From a virus (taxonomy: Duplodnaviria; Caudoviricetes): DNA of 58,973 nt. The stretch covers positions 1-58,973 of IMG/VR virus record IMGVR_UViG_3300007735_000765; one strand, written 5' to 3'. The notes below the pieces were generated by a model. It was not told where the DNA came from and did not search any database. It saw only the letters and a program-made list of their open reading frames with translations. The position numbers and the translations under genes are program-made. This document shows positions 19,924 through 29,665 of this stretch, in pieces (positions within the stretch are counted from its first letter, which is position 1; each line of letters opens with the position of its first letter).

Positions 19924-21239
19924 TTGAACAAGCTCATGAAACCGTTGACTTTTTCTCCGATATAAGCAATCTGTTCCGGAGTGATCACAGGACTTGTTCC
20001 GTGGAAATAAGTATGTGTCATTGCGTGTGTGGCATTGGGGTGTAGATCTTTTGCCGATTGTGGATCCATCAAGTGACTATAGGCAGGCTGTAGCATAATG
20101 TTACCAGCAAAATAAGGGCGAGTCTGAATTAAATTTTCTTCCAGATAGTCCACAATATCCGTACGACTAAAGGGTGCATCTTTGCGTATGGTGAGAGGGA
20201 AAGCAAACCAACTAGGGGCAGACTTTGCTGTGGCTCGCGGTAAGTGGAAGAATTCTTCGTACTGTTCATAGATGTTGAATAGTAAATTGTAGTTGCGTCG
20301 ACGCAGTGCGTGAATCTCAGGTAACTTTTTAAGTTGTTCTAAGCCCATAGCGCATTGTAGTTCGATGGGTTTTAAATTGTATCCGATTTCGTCGTATACA
20401 TATTTGTGATCAAATACTTCATCGGGTAGTGTGGGAATCCAATTATTAAAACGTTTACCACAGGTACCACATTTTAGTTTGTTAGCTTCTGGTCCCACAC
20501 AATAACATCCACGACCCCATTCGCGGAAGCTACGGAGAATAACATCTGTTGTGGCATCGTCGGTGGCCACGTATCCGCCTTCACCCATGGTCATATGATG
20601 CGCAGGATAAAAACTACAGGATGACATTAGTCCATAACTGCCTAAAGGTCGACCATCATAGGTACTGCCCAAGGCGTCGCAACAATCTTCTAATAGTATT
20701 AGATTATGACGTCTAACAAGATCCATTAATCGATCCATATTGGGCGGATTGCCTAGAACATGCGCAAATGTAATAACACGAATGTCTGGATGTTCTGCTA
20801 GTGCTTGTTCAACTTGATCTAAGTCTAAGTTCAGTGAATCTAATTCAATGTCAACAAACACAGGATCAAATCCAACTTGTAATGTAGGATTCAGTGTTGT
20901 AGGAAAGCCTGCAATGGGCATTAATACTTTTGTACCACGAGGTAAATTGTAACCACGTTTACTGGTCAAGGCACTCATCATTAGTAGATTACTAGAGCTA
21001 CCACTGTTAGTTACAATGCCTTTTGTTTTGCCAAACTGCCGGGGGAACTCGCGTTCAAAACGCAGACCTGCATCCCCCATGGCCAACCAACCTTTGAGTA
21101 GACTTTCTACTCCAGCCACGTATTCCGATTCATCGTAGTGTGCGCCGGCATAATTCACAAAGTCCCGGCCAGCTACCCATGTTTTGTTTTGTTGTTTTTC
21201 TTGAATGTATTCACGTACTTGTTGAAGAATATGTTCCAT
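19920..21239 (-). CDS. rfbH: CDP-4-keto-6-deoxyglucose 3-dehydratase (RfbH/DdhC, DegT family)
   Basis: SFYPAHHMTMGEGG (His in place of Lys), EDCCDALG, WGRGCYC and DHKY. Confidence 0.85.
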   Translation of the reverse strand: MEHILQQVREYIQEKQQNKTWVAGRDFVNYAGAHYDESEYVAGVESLLKGWLAMGDAGLRFEREFPRQFGKTKGIVTNSGSSSNLLMMSALTSKRGYNLPRGTKVLMPIAGFPTTLNPTLQVGFDPVFVDIELDSLNLDLDQVEQALAEHPDIRVITFAHVLGNPPNMDRLMDLVRRHNLILLEDCCDALGSTYDGRPLGSYGLMSSCSFYPAHHMTMGEGGYVATDDATTDVILRSFREWGRGCYCVGPEANKLKCGTCGKRFNNWIPTLPDEVFDHKYVYDEIGYNLKPIELQCAMGLEQLKKLPEIHALRRRNYNLLFNIYEQYEEFFHLPRATAKSAPSWFAFPLTIRKDAPFSRTDIVDYLEENLIQTRPYFAGNIMLQPAYSHLMDPQSAKDLHPNATHAMTHTYFHGTSPVITPEQIAYIGEKVNGFMSLFK

Positions 21240-21242
21240 ATG

Positions 21243-22190
21243 TTACCAAATAAAATTTTCCTTGTAGTATTGTACTATACTTTCAAGCTCTTTGTCAAAT
21301 TCTGCCTGGGGTTGCCAGCCTAAATTTCTAAGTTTGGTATCGTCAATACTGTACCTAACGTCTTGGCCAATTCTAACCATGTGCTCAATGTAGTTTTCTA
21401 TAGGATCATTTAATCCCATCAATTTTACTACTTTGTTCACTACGTTAATATTTTCCGTTTCGTAGTTGCCGCTGATATTATAGATTTCGTTGACTACTCC
21501 AGATTCGATGATCTTTATCACAGCCTTTGCAGTATCTCCAGCATGTAACCATGTACGCACCGGAGTTCCATTATTATGTAGATCTACTCGTCGACCAACG
21601 CTTAAAAATTTCACAGTCTTGGGTATTAATTTTTCTACGTATTGGCCGATGCCGTAATTGTTTGTGGGTCTGACAATCACGTAGTCCAGACCATATGTTC
21701 TGCCCCAGCTGGTTACCAAATGATCCGCGGCTGCTTTGGTAGCACTGTAGGGATTGCTGGGCTTGAGCAAGTCTGTTTCAACATGACTGCCTTGCTCAAT
21801 ATCACCATAGACTTCGTCTGTGCTGAAATGTAAAAACACAGGTTTACGATATTTTTTCTTGTTGATCATTTTAAGTAAATGATGCACACCGTCTATGTTA
21901 CTGTGTACAAAAGCGTCACTGTCTTCGATACTGTTATCAACGTGAGTTTCTGCGGCTAGATTAATAATATAATCGCAGTCATAGATTCTATCTAAGTCAT
22001 TGATGTCCGTTTTAAGAAAATTAAAATGATCTCCGTAGCGCATACTCCAACTATCGATCCAACCTTCATTACTAGCGTAGGTACACTTATCTACACCTAT
22101 CACGTACCATCCTTTTTCCAAACAGGCTTCAGTGACATGACTACCAATAAAACCCAAACAGCCTGTCACATATACAATCTTTTTACTCAT
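21243..22190 (-). CDS. rfbB: dTDP/NDP-glucose 4,6-dehydratase
   Basis: TGCLGFIG, AAETHVDNS, STDEVYG and PYSATK. Confidence 0.85.
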   Translation of the reverse strand: MSKKIVYVTGCLGFIGSHVTEACLEKGWYVIGVDKCTYASNEGWIDSWSMRYGDHFNFLKTDINDLDRIYDCDYIINLAAETHVDNSIEDSDAFVHSNIDGVHHLLKMINKKKYRKPVFLHFSTDEVYGDIEQGSHVETDLLKPSNPYSATKAAADHLVTSWGRTYGLDYVIVRPTNNYGIGQYVEKLIPKTVKFLSVGRRVDLHNNGTPVRTWLHAGDTAKAVIKIIESGVVNEIYNISGNYETENINVVNKVVKLMGLNDPIENYIEHMVRIGQDVRYSIDDTKLRNLGWQPQAEFDKELESIVQYYKENFIW

Positions 22191-22977
22191 AATTTTTAAA
22201 TCCTTGTTCTAATCCTTGCAACGGCAATTTTAATCTCGCGAGATTGTTTCCATCGCCCGTGTAGTTTGGTCCGGGTTCCAACTTTACGTCAATTACGCCG
22301 TTGGGCACTTGATATTTGGCAAACAATTTTAACTGTTCGCTTAACATTAATTTTTCTGGGTACACACAGTTTAAGTCTTTGTATAAATCAGTGGACGTAC
22401 AATAGTGTTCTGCAATAGTTGCAAAGTCTTTCGCACTGATATAGTCAAAGTATTTGTCAGTGACAGTGATTTTACCGTCACGTTTAAATTTTTTAAACAA
22501 CCTGATGTTGGGTTCGCTTGAATCAAAACATCCAAACAAACGTAATGTATAGAAACTTTGACGTTTAAGTATCATCCTGGCGATCATGTTCTTTGTAAAC
22601 CCGTAGGACTCCAGGGGCTTGGCTGTCAATATATCGCGTTCGCTGGCGTTAGAAATACTAGTGCGCTTGTCAAACTCTGCGCCCGATCCTATGTTAATGT
22701 ATCGTCTAACACCAGGATTATTGTAAAAATTTAAAAAGATGGTCAAGTCACGCTGTACATCGCTGTAGTTTATATCATCTACGTTGCGGCCGCCACCGGA
22801 GATAGCACAATTAATAATCACATCAGGTTGAGTGACGCTCAACCATTGGTCCACTGCTTGGTAGTCTGTTAAGTCCAAAGTATTTCTAACCACCGGTATA
22901 ACATAGTGATTATGAATCAGATGTTCAAGTAAGTAACCACCCAAGTAGCCGTTTGCACCAAGTATTGCTATTCTCAT
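22183..22977 (-). CDS. NAD-dependent epimerase/dehydratase (SDR)
   Basis: GANGYLG, GSGAE and YGFTK. Confidence 0.8.
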   Translation of the reverse strand: MRIAILGANGYLGGYLLEHLIHNHYVIPVVRNTLDLTDYQAVDQWLSVTQPDVIINCAISGGGRNVDDINYSDVQRDLTIFLNFYNNPGVRRYINIGSGAEFDKRTSISNASERDILTAKPLESYGFTKNMIARMILKRQSFYTLRLFGCFDSSEPNIRLFKKFKRDGKITVTDKYFDYISAKDFATIAEHYCTSTDLYKDLNCVYPEKLMLSEQLKLFAKYQVPNGVIDVKLEPGPNYTGDGNNLARLKLPLQGLEQGFKNYE

Positions 22978-23744
22978 TTCAACTCTGTTACTGGAGGAAC
23001 GCCCAATGCTTCGTTAACTTGTCGCATACACTCAAGTTTAGTTGGACTGTGTCTGCTACTGTGCCAATGAATTACATGCGCATCTTCATATTTGCACTTG
23101 TTCCATTCGTCCTGTGTTTCAACGGGATGCCAGGGTAACCATTGTGCTTGATAAAATAGTTCTGGTCTGTGTGCTGTTTCCCATGACAGAGACTGACTCC
23201 AGAACATAGTGTTATGAATAATCTGCTGATTGTTGTAACTGCTCATGCCGTCACTGCGATCCCATTCGGCTCGCATGCCTCGCTCCAGCGTCCACAAATC
23301 GCGGTTCATGTCATGTGGATAGTATTGCAGGTCGTTGTTAAACAAGTTGTCAAAGCTCTTGTTATACTGATTGGGCTCGTGCCAGCTCTTGGGGTCTGTC
23401 CAGTTAAATAACCGAAATTCGTTGAACTCACCAAAAATCTTTGTGGGTTTCACAAACTGTACATCGGGCCCTACCCATAGTATATTGCAGGGTTCCTTGT
23501 GCCATAGTTCGTGAACTCTGTCATTATTCAAAGGCATAGCATCGTTGATGCTGTCGATTTCTTCGTCAAATAAAATATATTCCCACGTGCCTTCTAAAAA
23601 ATGTCTCGCACTGGCTAAACTATGCAAACACATCTGCTTATAGGTTTCGTAGATATCACCTTCGTCTCGAGTGTCTTTCCAAACCCATTTTGTGCTCTTA
23701 ATTCTGCGGTGAGCACAGACCACATAATTTTTTACATCGGTCAT
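22974..23744 (-). CDS. Hypothetical, possible GT-A fold glycosyltransferase
   Basis: SARHFL, ILWVGPDV (DxD-like position) and VIHWHSSR; first gene of the sugar cluster. Confidence 0.45.
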   Translation of the reverse strand: MTDVKNYVVCAHRRIKSTKWVWKDTRDEGDIYETYKQMCLHSLASARHFLEGTWEYILFDEEIDSINDAMPLNNDRVHELWHKEPCNILWVGPDVQFVKPTKIFGEFNEFRLFNWTDPKSWHEPNQYNKSFDNLFNNDLQYYPHDMNRDLWTLERGMRAEWDRSDGMSSYNNQQIIHNTMFWSQSLSWETAHRPELFYQAQWLPWHPVETQDEWNKCKYEDAHVIHWHSSRHSPTKLECMRQVNEALGVPPVTELK

Positions 23745-23756
23745 TGAAATTTTCAG

Positions 23757-24203
23757 TTATAGTTGTATATATTCGTAGTTAACAGTGTCTGTGTTAACTC
23801 TGAATACAGTTGCTCCATTACGTAAATGGAATTTTTTTGCCATATCCGTGGGAGGACTTAGTGTAACAAATCTTTTGACATTGGGCAAGTCTGATTGTGC
23901 CTTTTTCAACGCTTCAATGATTAAACGTTTTCCTGCGCCAGGTTTGTAACTCCAAATAGTATAAAATACCGCAGTATCTGGTTCTGGGTCTTGAGTCGAT
24001 ACTAACAGTTCATCTTCACTGCTGGGCACACCCTTGCAGAACTTAGCACAGACCATGGCTTCGATATGATTTTGGTCGTCTGTGAGTGCAAACACATGAC
24101 TGTTACTACCAAAACGTAGTTCATGCGGGATGTGAGGACGAATAGGATCGTCTTTTAAATAAGCGGCTAGTGGATCAGATAAATTTTTAACGGTGTAAAT
24201 CAT
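23757..24203 (-). CDS. GNAT-like hypothetical protein
   Basis: FYTIWSYKPGAGKRLI and FHLRNGA. Confidence 0.5.
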   Translation of the reverse strand: MIYTVKNLSDPLAAYLKDDPIRPHIPHELRFGSNSHVFALTDDQNHIEAMVCAKFCKGVPSSEDELLVSTQDPEPDTAVFYTIWSYKPGAGKRLIIEALKKAQSDLPNVKRFVTLSPPTDMAKKFHLRNGATVFRVNTDTVNYEYIQL

Positions 24204-24240
24204 GGCAGATGACAGGGTGTATCACCTGTATTTATTCGAT

Positions 24241-25206
24241 TCACTTATTCCATAGTGTTGCGTCGGTACGTGCAAGACCCGGATACCGATTACGTTGTTG
24301 TGGGTGTAACAAGTTGTAAGGATTCTGTCGTTTAAAACTACTGTTTTTAATTCTATCCAATATTCGATTTACTGTAGGAAGATCTGAATCTGGCACAGAC
24401 ATCTCTAATAGAACTTGATCCCGTGACACCGACTCGTCCAAGGCGCAGAGATTCATTAAAACAATATCGAACTGTAGATAGCTAAATCCAAACTGTGCTT
24501 CATCTCCGTCACTGATACCCAACCCGTCAGTGGGTTTGGCAAATACCGTGCTGTCAGGTACGCCGTAGAGTTCTGCTAGTTTAGGTACTTCCCAACTTTT
24601 TAGTAAACTTTGGATAGGAGCTAAATCGCCTACATCACCGTGTAAGGTCCAAAATCCTGCGGCTAGTTCACTGAAGTTATCTGTACTGCCTACTAAGCCT
24701 CGCTCCATGCTGGCAATATTGTAAACAGTCATCATTCTAGTACGAACACGTAGATTACCTCTGCGTATTGCGCTGTCCGGGGCATCAATGGTAGCATCAT
24801 ATTCTCGTACATTTTTTAACAGTTGATCGTACTGTTTAGTTAAATCTACGTGTACGTGATTTAATCCCAATGCTTGGCAGGCTTCTACACCTCTCTCAGT
24901 TTCATTGGGATTTTGATGTATGGGCATAGTTACACCAATTACACGCCAGCCTGCCTGTTTGAACAATGCGGCTGTAAGTGCGCTGTCAACCCCGCCGCTC
25001 ATGCCCAAAGCTACAGTATGTATATTGTATTTTTTACCGTAGCCAATAAGTTCACTTACTAATTTGCGACCTGTGTCTTCCAGCGTATTAAGATCGCTGT
25101 AAGTGCCGTTATCAATTAATTGTTCTAACTGTGATTCAAACCATGGTGATAAATTGGCCATGGTTTCTTGTCGACTGTATTTCAAAATTTCTTGTTTGAG
25201 ACTCAT
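24241..25206 (-). CDS. nadE: NH3-dependent NAD+ synthetase
   Basis: GMSGGVDS, GNLRVRTRM, GFWTLHGD and PTDGL...DE. Confidence 0.85.
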   Translation of the reverse strand: MSLKQEILKYSRQETMANLSPWFESQLEQLIDNGTYSDLNTLEDTGRKLVSELIGYGKKYNIHTVALGMSGGVDSALTAALFKQAGWRVIGVTMPIHQNPNETERGVEACQALGLNHVHVDLTKQYDQLLKNVREYDATIDAPDSAIRRGNLRVRTRMMTVYNIASMERGLVGSTDNFSELAAGFWTLHGDVGDLAPIQSLLKSWEVPKLAELYGVPDSTVFAKPTDGLGISDGDEAQFGFSYLQFDIVLMNLCALDESVSRDQVLLEMSVPDSDLPTVNRILDRIKNSSFKRQNPYNLLHPQQRNRYPGLARTDATLWNK

Positions 25207-25214
25207 AGCTGTAT

Positions 25215-25979
25215 TTAAACTGTCAGCGATTCCACTAAACTTTCTTGGTCCAAACTCACTAAGTTAGCTAGTTCATCTTGACCATGAACATCAATGATCA
25301 AGTGTACTCTATCCAAATCGCTGTCGTTGATTACCCAATGTTTAATACCGGTGTTAAAGAAATATACTCGACCATCTGCGGGTAAGTGTCGTGCATACTT
25401 TTGCCCACCGCGATCCATGTACATAGTAACTCCAGGATTGGTAATTACAGGAATATGATAACGCACAATATAGCTAGGATCATAGTCAATGTGCGGTTTC
25501 AAATCATGATTGCCGGCTATATAAGCCAAACGTACACGAGTAATCTTGCTAGTAAACATATCTAAGATTTTCTCAATTTCGCCGGTGACTAGCTCTGTTC
25601 TTACTCCGTAATTCAGTTCATCAGCTTCGGGCATGTAATTTGGATTGTTGGGGTCTAATCTACGTTGACGTTCATATGCACTAGTAAATTTAAACTCGAC
25701 GCCCTCCCTGCGCTTAGATTCGTCAAATTTAGTCAGCATCAAGTGTCTGAACTTGTCACTGTTCATTACTTCGTGTTCATCTTCTTTGAAAAAACTACTG
25801 TGGCAGTATTCGTTGGCTACCACAAAGTCACGCATAGTGCTTTGACTCTTTAGGTTAATATCGTTGTACCTGTCGTAGTCCAACAGTCCATTAGTTTCTA
25901 AATGCTGTAACAGTGCAGGCATGTCTACGGTCATGTTGTCTAGATAACCAAAGCAGGGTAGTTGTCTTCTTGTTTTCAT
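25215..25979 (-). CDS. Asp/Asn beta-hydroxylase-like 2OG-Fe(II) dioxygenase
   Basis: PHID, RYHIP and HWVIN...RVHLIID. Confidence 0.75.
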   Translation of the reverse strand: MKTRRQLPCFGYLDNMTVDMPALLQHLETNGLLDYDRYNDINLKSQSTMRDFVVANEYCHSSFFKEDEHEVMNSDKFRHLMLTKFDESKRREGVEFKFTSAYERQRRLDPNNPNYMPEADELNYGVRTELVTGEIEKILDMFTSKITRVRLAYIAGNHDLKPHIDYDPSYIVRYHIPVITNPGVTMYMDRGGQKYARHLPADGRVYFFNTGIKHWVINDSDLDRVHLIIDVHGQDELANLVSLDQESLVESLTV

Positions 25980-26701
25980 TTTTTAACTCCTTTAATTATT
26001 AATGCGCCCAGGTCCAGTTGCCACCAACGTTCACTGAAGTTCCAGGCCGCGGGGTTAGCGTGGTGATTGTTATGCCAACCTTCGCCAAATACCAAATAAC
26101 CCAATATTGGATTATTTCTACTAGTGTCTTTGCCAGTGTGATCCTGCCATCCCCAAGTGTGTCCCCAGTTGTTAATCAATCCACCTGCATGAAAAATTAA
26201 AAAGCTGGGCACAAGGTATGCATAGATCACTGCAAAAGGATCAATCATGTACAATAACACCGCGTATACTGCATGAACTGCATAATACCAGCTATGCATG
26301 AACACGTGAAATCGACTACGCAGTAAATCTGGAACCAATCTTACACTGGGTTTATTAAACATAATTAAAAACTGCACACGAAACCAACCTTTATGATAAG
26401 GACTGTGAGGATCTTGATCTGTGTCTACATGTCTATGATGCGCCCTATGAATCGCTGTCCATACTATGCTAGATCCGTAGCCGCCTAATGTACCGCAGAC
26501 TGTGCCAAAATATTCAAACCACTTGGGTGCTACAAAACTTTTGTGTGTAAGTAGTCTATGATAGATTACCGTAGCTCCCATGGCCATAAATGAATACACC
26601 ACTGCTGTCCATAACCAATCGGTCCATGTACTGTACATGAACATAGGAATCAGTGCCAGGGCACAAACTATTTGAAATAAAAATAACCAATTGATTTTCA
26701 T
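25976..26701 (-). CDS. Delta-9-type fatty acid desaturase
   Basis: His boxes HRLLTH, HRAHH and GEGWHNNHH. Confidence 0.9.
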   Translation of the reverse strand: MKINWLFLFQIVCALALIPMFMYSTWTDWLWTAVVYSFMAMGATVIYHRLLTHKSFVAPKWFEYFGTVCGTLGGYGSSIVWTAIHRAHHRHVDTDQDPHSPYHKGWFRVQFLIMFNKPSVRLVPDLLRSRFHVFMHSWYYAVHAVYAVLLYMIDPFAVIYAYLVPSFLIFHAGGLINNWGHTWGWQDHTGKDTSRNNPILGYLVFGEGWHNNHHANPAAWNFSERWWQLDLGALIIKGVKK

Positions 26702-27378
26702 GTTCTTACTACCTCACCATAAATTCTTCTACGATTGTCTCCGGCTAAGCTGACGATTTCATTTTCATCTACATCTCTTAACACCATGATTCTAGGATGC
26801 ACTACTGCATTAGCACCTACTCTAGGTCCTTCGGCTTTGACCAACGCGGCTCCGAATCCGATGTGAACGTTTTCCTCTATAATTGTACGACCAATTACGT
26901 GCGCATCTCTTTCAATGACACTGTTTTTACCTAACACACAGTCATGCGGTAAAGCCGCACTGCCATGAAGTTGACTGTGTGGCATCATTACTGCATTGGC
27001 ACCCACACAGGCAGTATATCCAATGAATGCACCGGGATGTATTACTGCGCTTTTACTGATAAAAGTATTCGTACTTTTTAGTGTTGCCAATGGTAAATTG
27101 TGTTTTTCCACGAGTGCGATCATTTTCAGTCGCTTGGCTCGGTCTAGGGTATTGATCGGTATGACACTAGGGCTAACAAAGAACAGGTAGTCGTTGCGCA
27201 GTTGTTCGAAATTCGTAGTTTCTTCACTGCCCACAAAAGGAACACCGTTAACAGAGTCTGTGTTACCATAGTAGTTGTCATCGATGATGCCATGCACAGT
27301 CATGCCCATTTCTTCAGCAGTGTCTACAAATAAGCCGATGTTGGAATTAGATCCAAGAAAGATTAAAGGTTTGTACAT
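26698..27378 (-). CDS. PglD/NeuD-like sugar acetyltransferase
   Basis: GIIDD N-terminal domain plus hexapeptide repeats. Confidence 0.75.
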   Translation of the reverse strand: MYKPLIFLGSNSNIGLFVDTAEEMGMTVHGIIDDNYYGNTDSVNGVPFVGSEETTNFEQLRNDYLFFVSPSVIPINTLDRAKRLKMIALVEKHNLPLATLKSTNTFISKSAVIHPGAFIGYTACVGANAVMMPHSQLHGSAALPHDCVLGKNSVIERDAHVIGRTIIEENVHIGFGAALVKAEGPRVGANAVVHPRIMVLRDVDENEIVSLAGDNRRRIYGEVVRT

Positions 27379-27540
27379 ATAATTAAAAAACTACTATTAT
27401 AGAGAATAGCTTATAGAAATGTCAACAATTCTATGTACGGGCGGCGTTCTAAGCATAGTTATGTTAGTAAAAGAGTCACTACTCTAGGCGTCACTGACAG
27501 TCCGACGTCGATTGCTCGGCGTTGCTAAGAATATTTAGTC

Positions 27541-27567
27541 AAAAAAATAGGACCCGAAGGTCCTATT
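27541..27567 (-). terminator. Intrinsic terminator closing the DUF2828 operon
   Basis: AATAGGACC-TTCG-GGTCCTATT followed by a T-run. Confidence 0.85.
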
Positions 27568-27580
27568 GGTAGTTTTTTGT

Positions 27581-27676
27581 GTCAGGATTACCAAACCCCG
27601 GATACACAGCCCATCCCCTATTTCGTGTATCACGGACGCAGTATTTCATTCCTTGCGGATATCAGGGGCCTGCGAA
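27581..27676 (-). ncRNA. Candidate structured 3'-UTR RNA with loop-loop pairing
   Basis: Stems CGCAG/CTGCG and GATACAC/GTGTATC; loops carry complementary CCCCT and AGGGG. Confidence 0.4.
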
Positions 27677-27678
27677 TC

Positions 27679-29100
27679 TTAGACCGCGTAGCGATCGACC
27701 ATTACAGTCTTTAACATGATTGCTTCTGGTGTGAAGTCATCCATGTCGTTGCTTAAAATGCCTTTGGCCACAGCTGGGCTGAAACCAGACACTAAAGCAG
27801 TGCCGCGCTTGTCGAACTTGACGGGGGTGTTGCCGTAAGCGGCGTTCAAGTTCCAGAATACAACCTTTGGAAGTTCATATCCTGCGGCTTGGTACTTACG
27901 TTCAATCATTTCGATTGCACTGTCATCGTGTTCAACACAAGTGTCAAACTGCATGTCGCTGAAGATAACCAATGTTTCAGGCATTTCTTCTTGCGGTACC
28001 TTGTTTTCCAAGGCAGTCTTAAGTACCAAATCAAATGCCTTGTGCAAATTGGTGTTAGCCACTTCGCCAGTACACATTTGATCAATCTTTTGATTGATAT
28101 TGCCCTTAAGGTTCACTAACTTAGGAGTGTTGCTAAAAGTCAAGAAAGTATCCTTGAATTTACCCTTGTTCTTGTCTGCAAAGTACAGGCCCAAAGACAC
28201 TGCAACTTCCAAACAAGTCAAGCCACTCTTGCTGTTGTAACCACCTGCGGCACAGGTCATTGACCCAGAGCTGTCAACCATTGGCAACACGCTGGCGTCA
28301 CCAATAAAGTTGGGCAATGCATCCCATTGTGCTTGGATAGCATCAAGCTCGGTGTTAGTCCAAGATTGACGGCCCCATGCACCAATACGACCCTTAAGGA
28401 CATCGTATGGGAACACTGCACCAGCGTTAATCTTAACGCCAGCTTCGCCCTTGACCAATTTAGTCACATATTCAGCGTAGGTTGTGCCATGACGACCAAA
28501 CGCTTTCTTGTAACGTGCATGGGCCACACTGGGCACATGGCTATAGTTGATGCTATCCCAGTTGTTGGCACACATCTGTGTTTCAACAACATTGGTCATA
28601 CCAACCAAGGTCTTGCGATATTGCTTTGGGGTCATACCAAAGAATTCACGGATTTCACGTGCAAGATTACCCTTGCGCGGAGTCCACTTTGCGGCAAGAC
28701 CGTTGCCTTCACGAAGATGGTTACCCAACAGGTTGAAGGCTTCCCACTTTAGCTTGGCGTCGGTAAAGACAAACAAGTCGTCAAAACGGCCTAGCTCAGG
28801 GATTTTATGGATCAGCAAAGCCGCATCAGCGGGGTTTGCCTTTTCCATGTATGCCAGGATGTCACGGAAAACTTGACGTTCACCGCTACCACCGCGGGCA
28901 TCTCGAGCCCACAATGCAATACGCAATGCCAAATCTCGATTTTCTACATAGGCCGCAGTAAATGCGGGCACAATGTCTTTACCACGGCTTGCGCCGATGT
29001 TGTAAAACAAGTCAACACAGGCACTGGCCGAGCCGACTCGAGCTTTCATACCGTTAGCGGTACGAGCTGATTGATTCTTAACTGCTTCTGCGAATTGCAT
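27679..29100 (-). CDS. DUF2828-family protein (helical domain plus vWA/MIDAS; Ro60/TROVE-like architecture inferred)
   Basis: RDARGGSGER, AKWTPR, VPSVA, MIDAS VDSSGSM, SDMQFD, VFWNL and VSGFS; AAGGAG RBS. Confidence 0.85.
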   Translation of the reverse strand: MQFAEAVKNQSARTANGMKARVGSASACVDLFYNIGASRGKDIVPAFTAAYVENRDLALRIALWARDARGGSGERQVFRDILAYMEKANPADAALLIHKIPELGRFDDLFVFTDAKLKWEAFNLLGNHLREGNGLAAKWTPRKGNLAREIREFFGMTPKQYRKTLVGMTNVVETQMCANNWDSINYSHVPSVAHARYKKAFGRHGTTYAEYVTKLVKGEAGVKINAGAVFPYDVLKGRIGAWGRQSWTNTELDAIQAQWDALPNFIGDASVLPMVDSSGSMTCAAGGYNSKSGLTCLEVAVSLGLYFADKNKGKFKDTFLTFSNTPKLVNLKGNINQKIDQMCTGEVANTNLHKAFDLVLKTALENKVPQEEMPETLVIFSDMQFDTCVEHDDSAIEMIERKYQAAGYELPKVVFWNLNAAYGNTPVKFDKRGTALVSGFSPAVAKGILSNDMDDFTPEAIMLKTVMVDRYAV

Positions 29101-29126
29101 AGGTGCTCCTTTCTAATTGATTATGC

Positions 29127-29183
29127 AACAGGATGCGCTTTTTTACTATTTGGAAAAGTAGTTAAAGTTGCTGAATGCATCCT
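29127..29183 (-). ncRNA. CAGCA-stem (Y-like) RNA copy 1, carrying a Trp(CCA)-type anticodon hairpin
   Basis: AGGATGC-ATTCAGCAA...GCATCCT-GTT; inner TACTT-TTCCAAA-TAGTA. Confidence 0.65.
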
Positions 29184-29196
29184 AAAAAATTTTACT

Positions 29197-29429
29197 AACT
29201 GGATGATCGAAACGGTGATTTATTTTCTGCTCTGCCCCATCCCCAGTATATCGGTTCAGTTCCCAGAGCCTAACCTAACTTGTGTCTGCGTTAGATAACA
29301 TATATGTCTTTCCATAAGTCGTCAGTTCTTTCGGAGCATTTCTGCTGAGTAGCGAACTACTCACCTTTCCACGGGTCCTTCTACTGCTGTAGAGGCTTTA
29401 GTATTGTTTTAAATTGCTGAACTCATCCA
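29197..29429 (-). ncRNA. CAGCA-stem (Y-like) RNA copy 2, long multi-hairpin cargo
   Basis: TGGATGA-GTTCAGCAA...TCATCCA-GTT; inner TGAGTAG-TTCG-CTACTCA and GAAA hairpins. Confidence 0.65.
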
Positions 29430-29437
29430 AAAAATAC

Positions 29438-29587
29438 AACAGGCTAGTTTCCTACTTTTTGATTTAAAAGAGAAATCGAAACTCTTCTCGTCCAGACTGT
29501 CGAAATACACCTTCAAAGGTTGCCCTCCAGCGCATAACGCAGTATACCCAGACACGACAAGTTTTGTTGATTTGCTGTAACTAACCT
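29438..29587 (-). ncRNA. CAGCA-stem (Y-like) RNA copy 3
   Basis: AGGTTAG-TTACAGCAA...CTAGCCT-GTT; inner GATTT-CTCTTTT-AAATC. Confidence 0.6.
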
Positions 29588-29607
29588 TTTAACTTTACAA
29601 TGTATCT

Positions 29608-29636
29608 ATTATAATACACTTTCTCGATGTTGTCTA
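29608..29636 (-). promoter_or_regulatory. Sigma70 promoter for the Y-like RNAs and DUF2828 operon
   Basis: TAGACA-17-TATAAT. Confidence 0.7.
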
Positions 29637-29665
29637 CTATTTTTTATAGTAGGTTTACCAAATTC

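Noticed and set aside
27430-27538. GC-rich intergenic segment after a TAAATA motif with a short TTAG(C)AACGCCG direct repeat
   Set aside because: Only weak hairpins and a single occurrence; not enough to call an RNA.
27640-27668. Hammerhead ribozyme (CTGAT...GAAA)
   Set aside because: The core reads CUGAUAU, not CUGANGA, and I could not place stems I/III or a cleavage triplet.
29127-29587. Tandem AACAGG...TGCTG repeats as a CRISPR mini-array
   Set aside because: Units are non-identical, 57-233 nt long and covary as stems; there is no constant repeat/spacer period and no cas genes.
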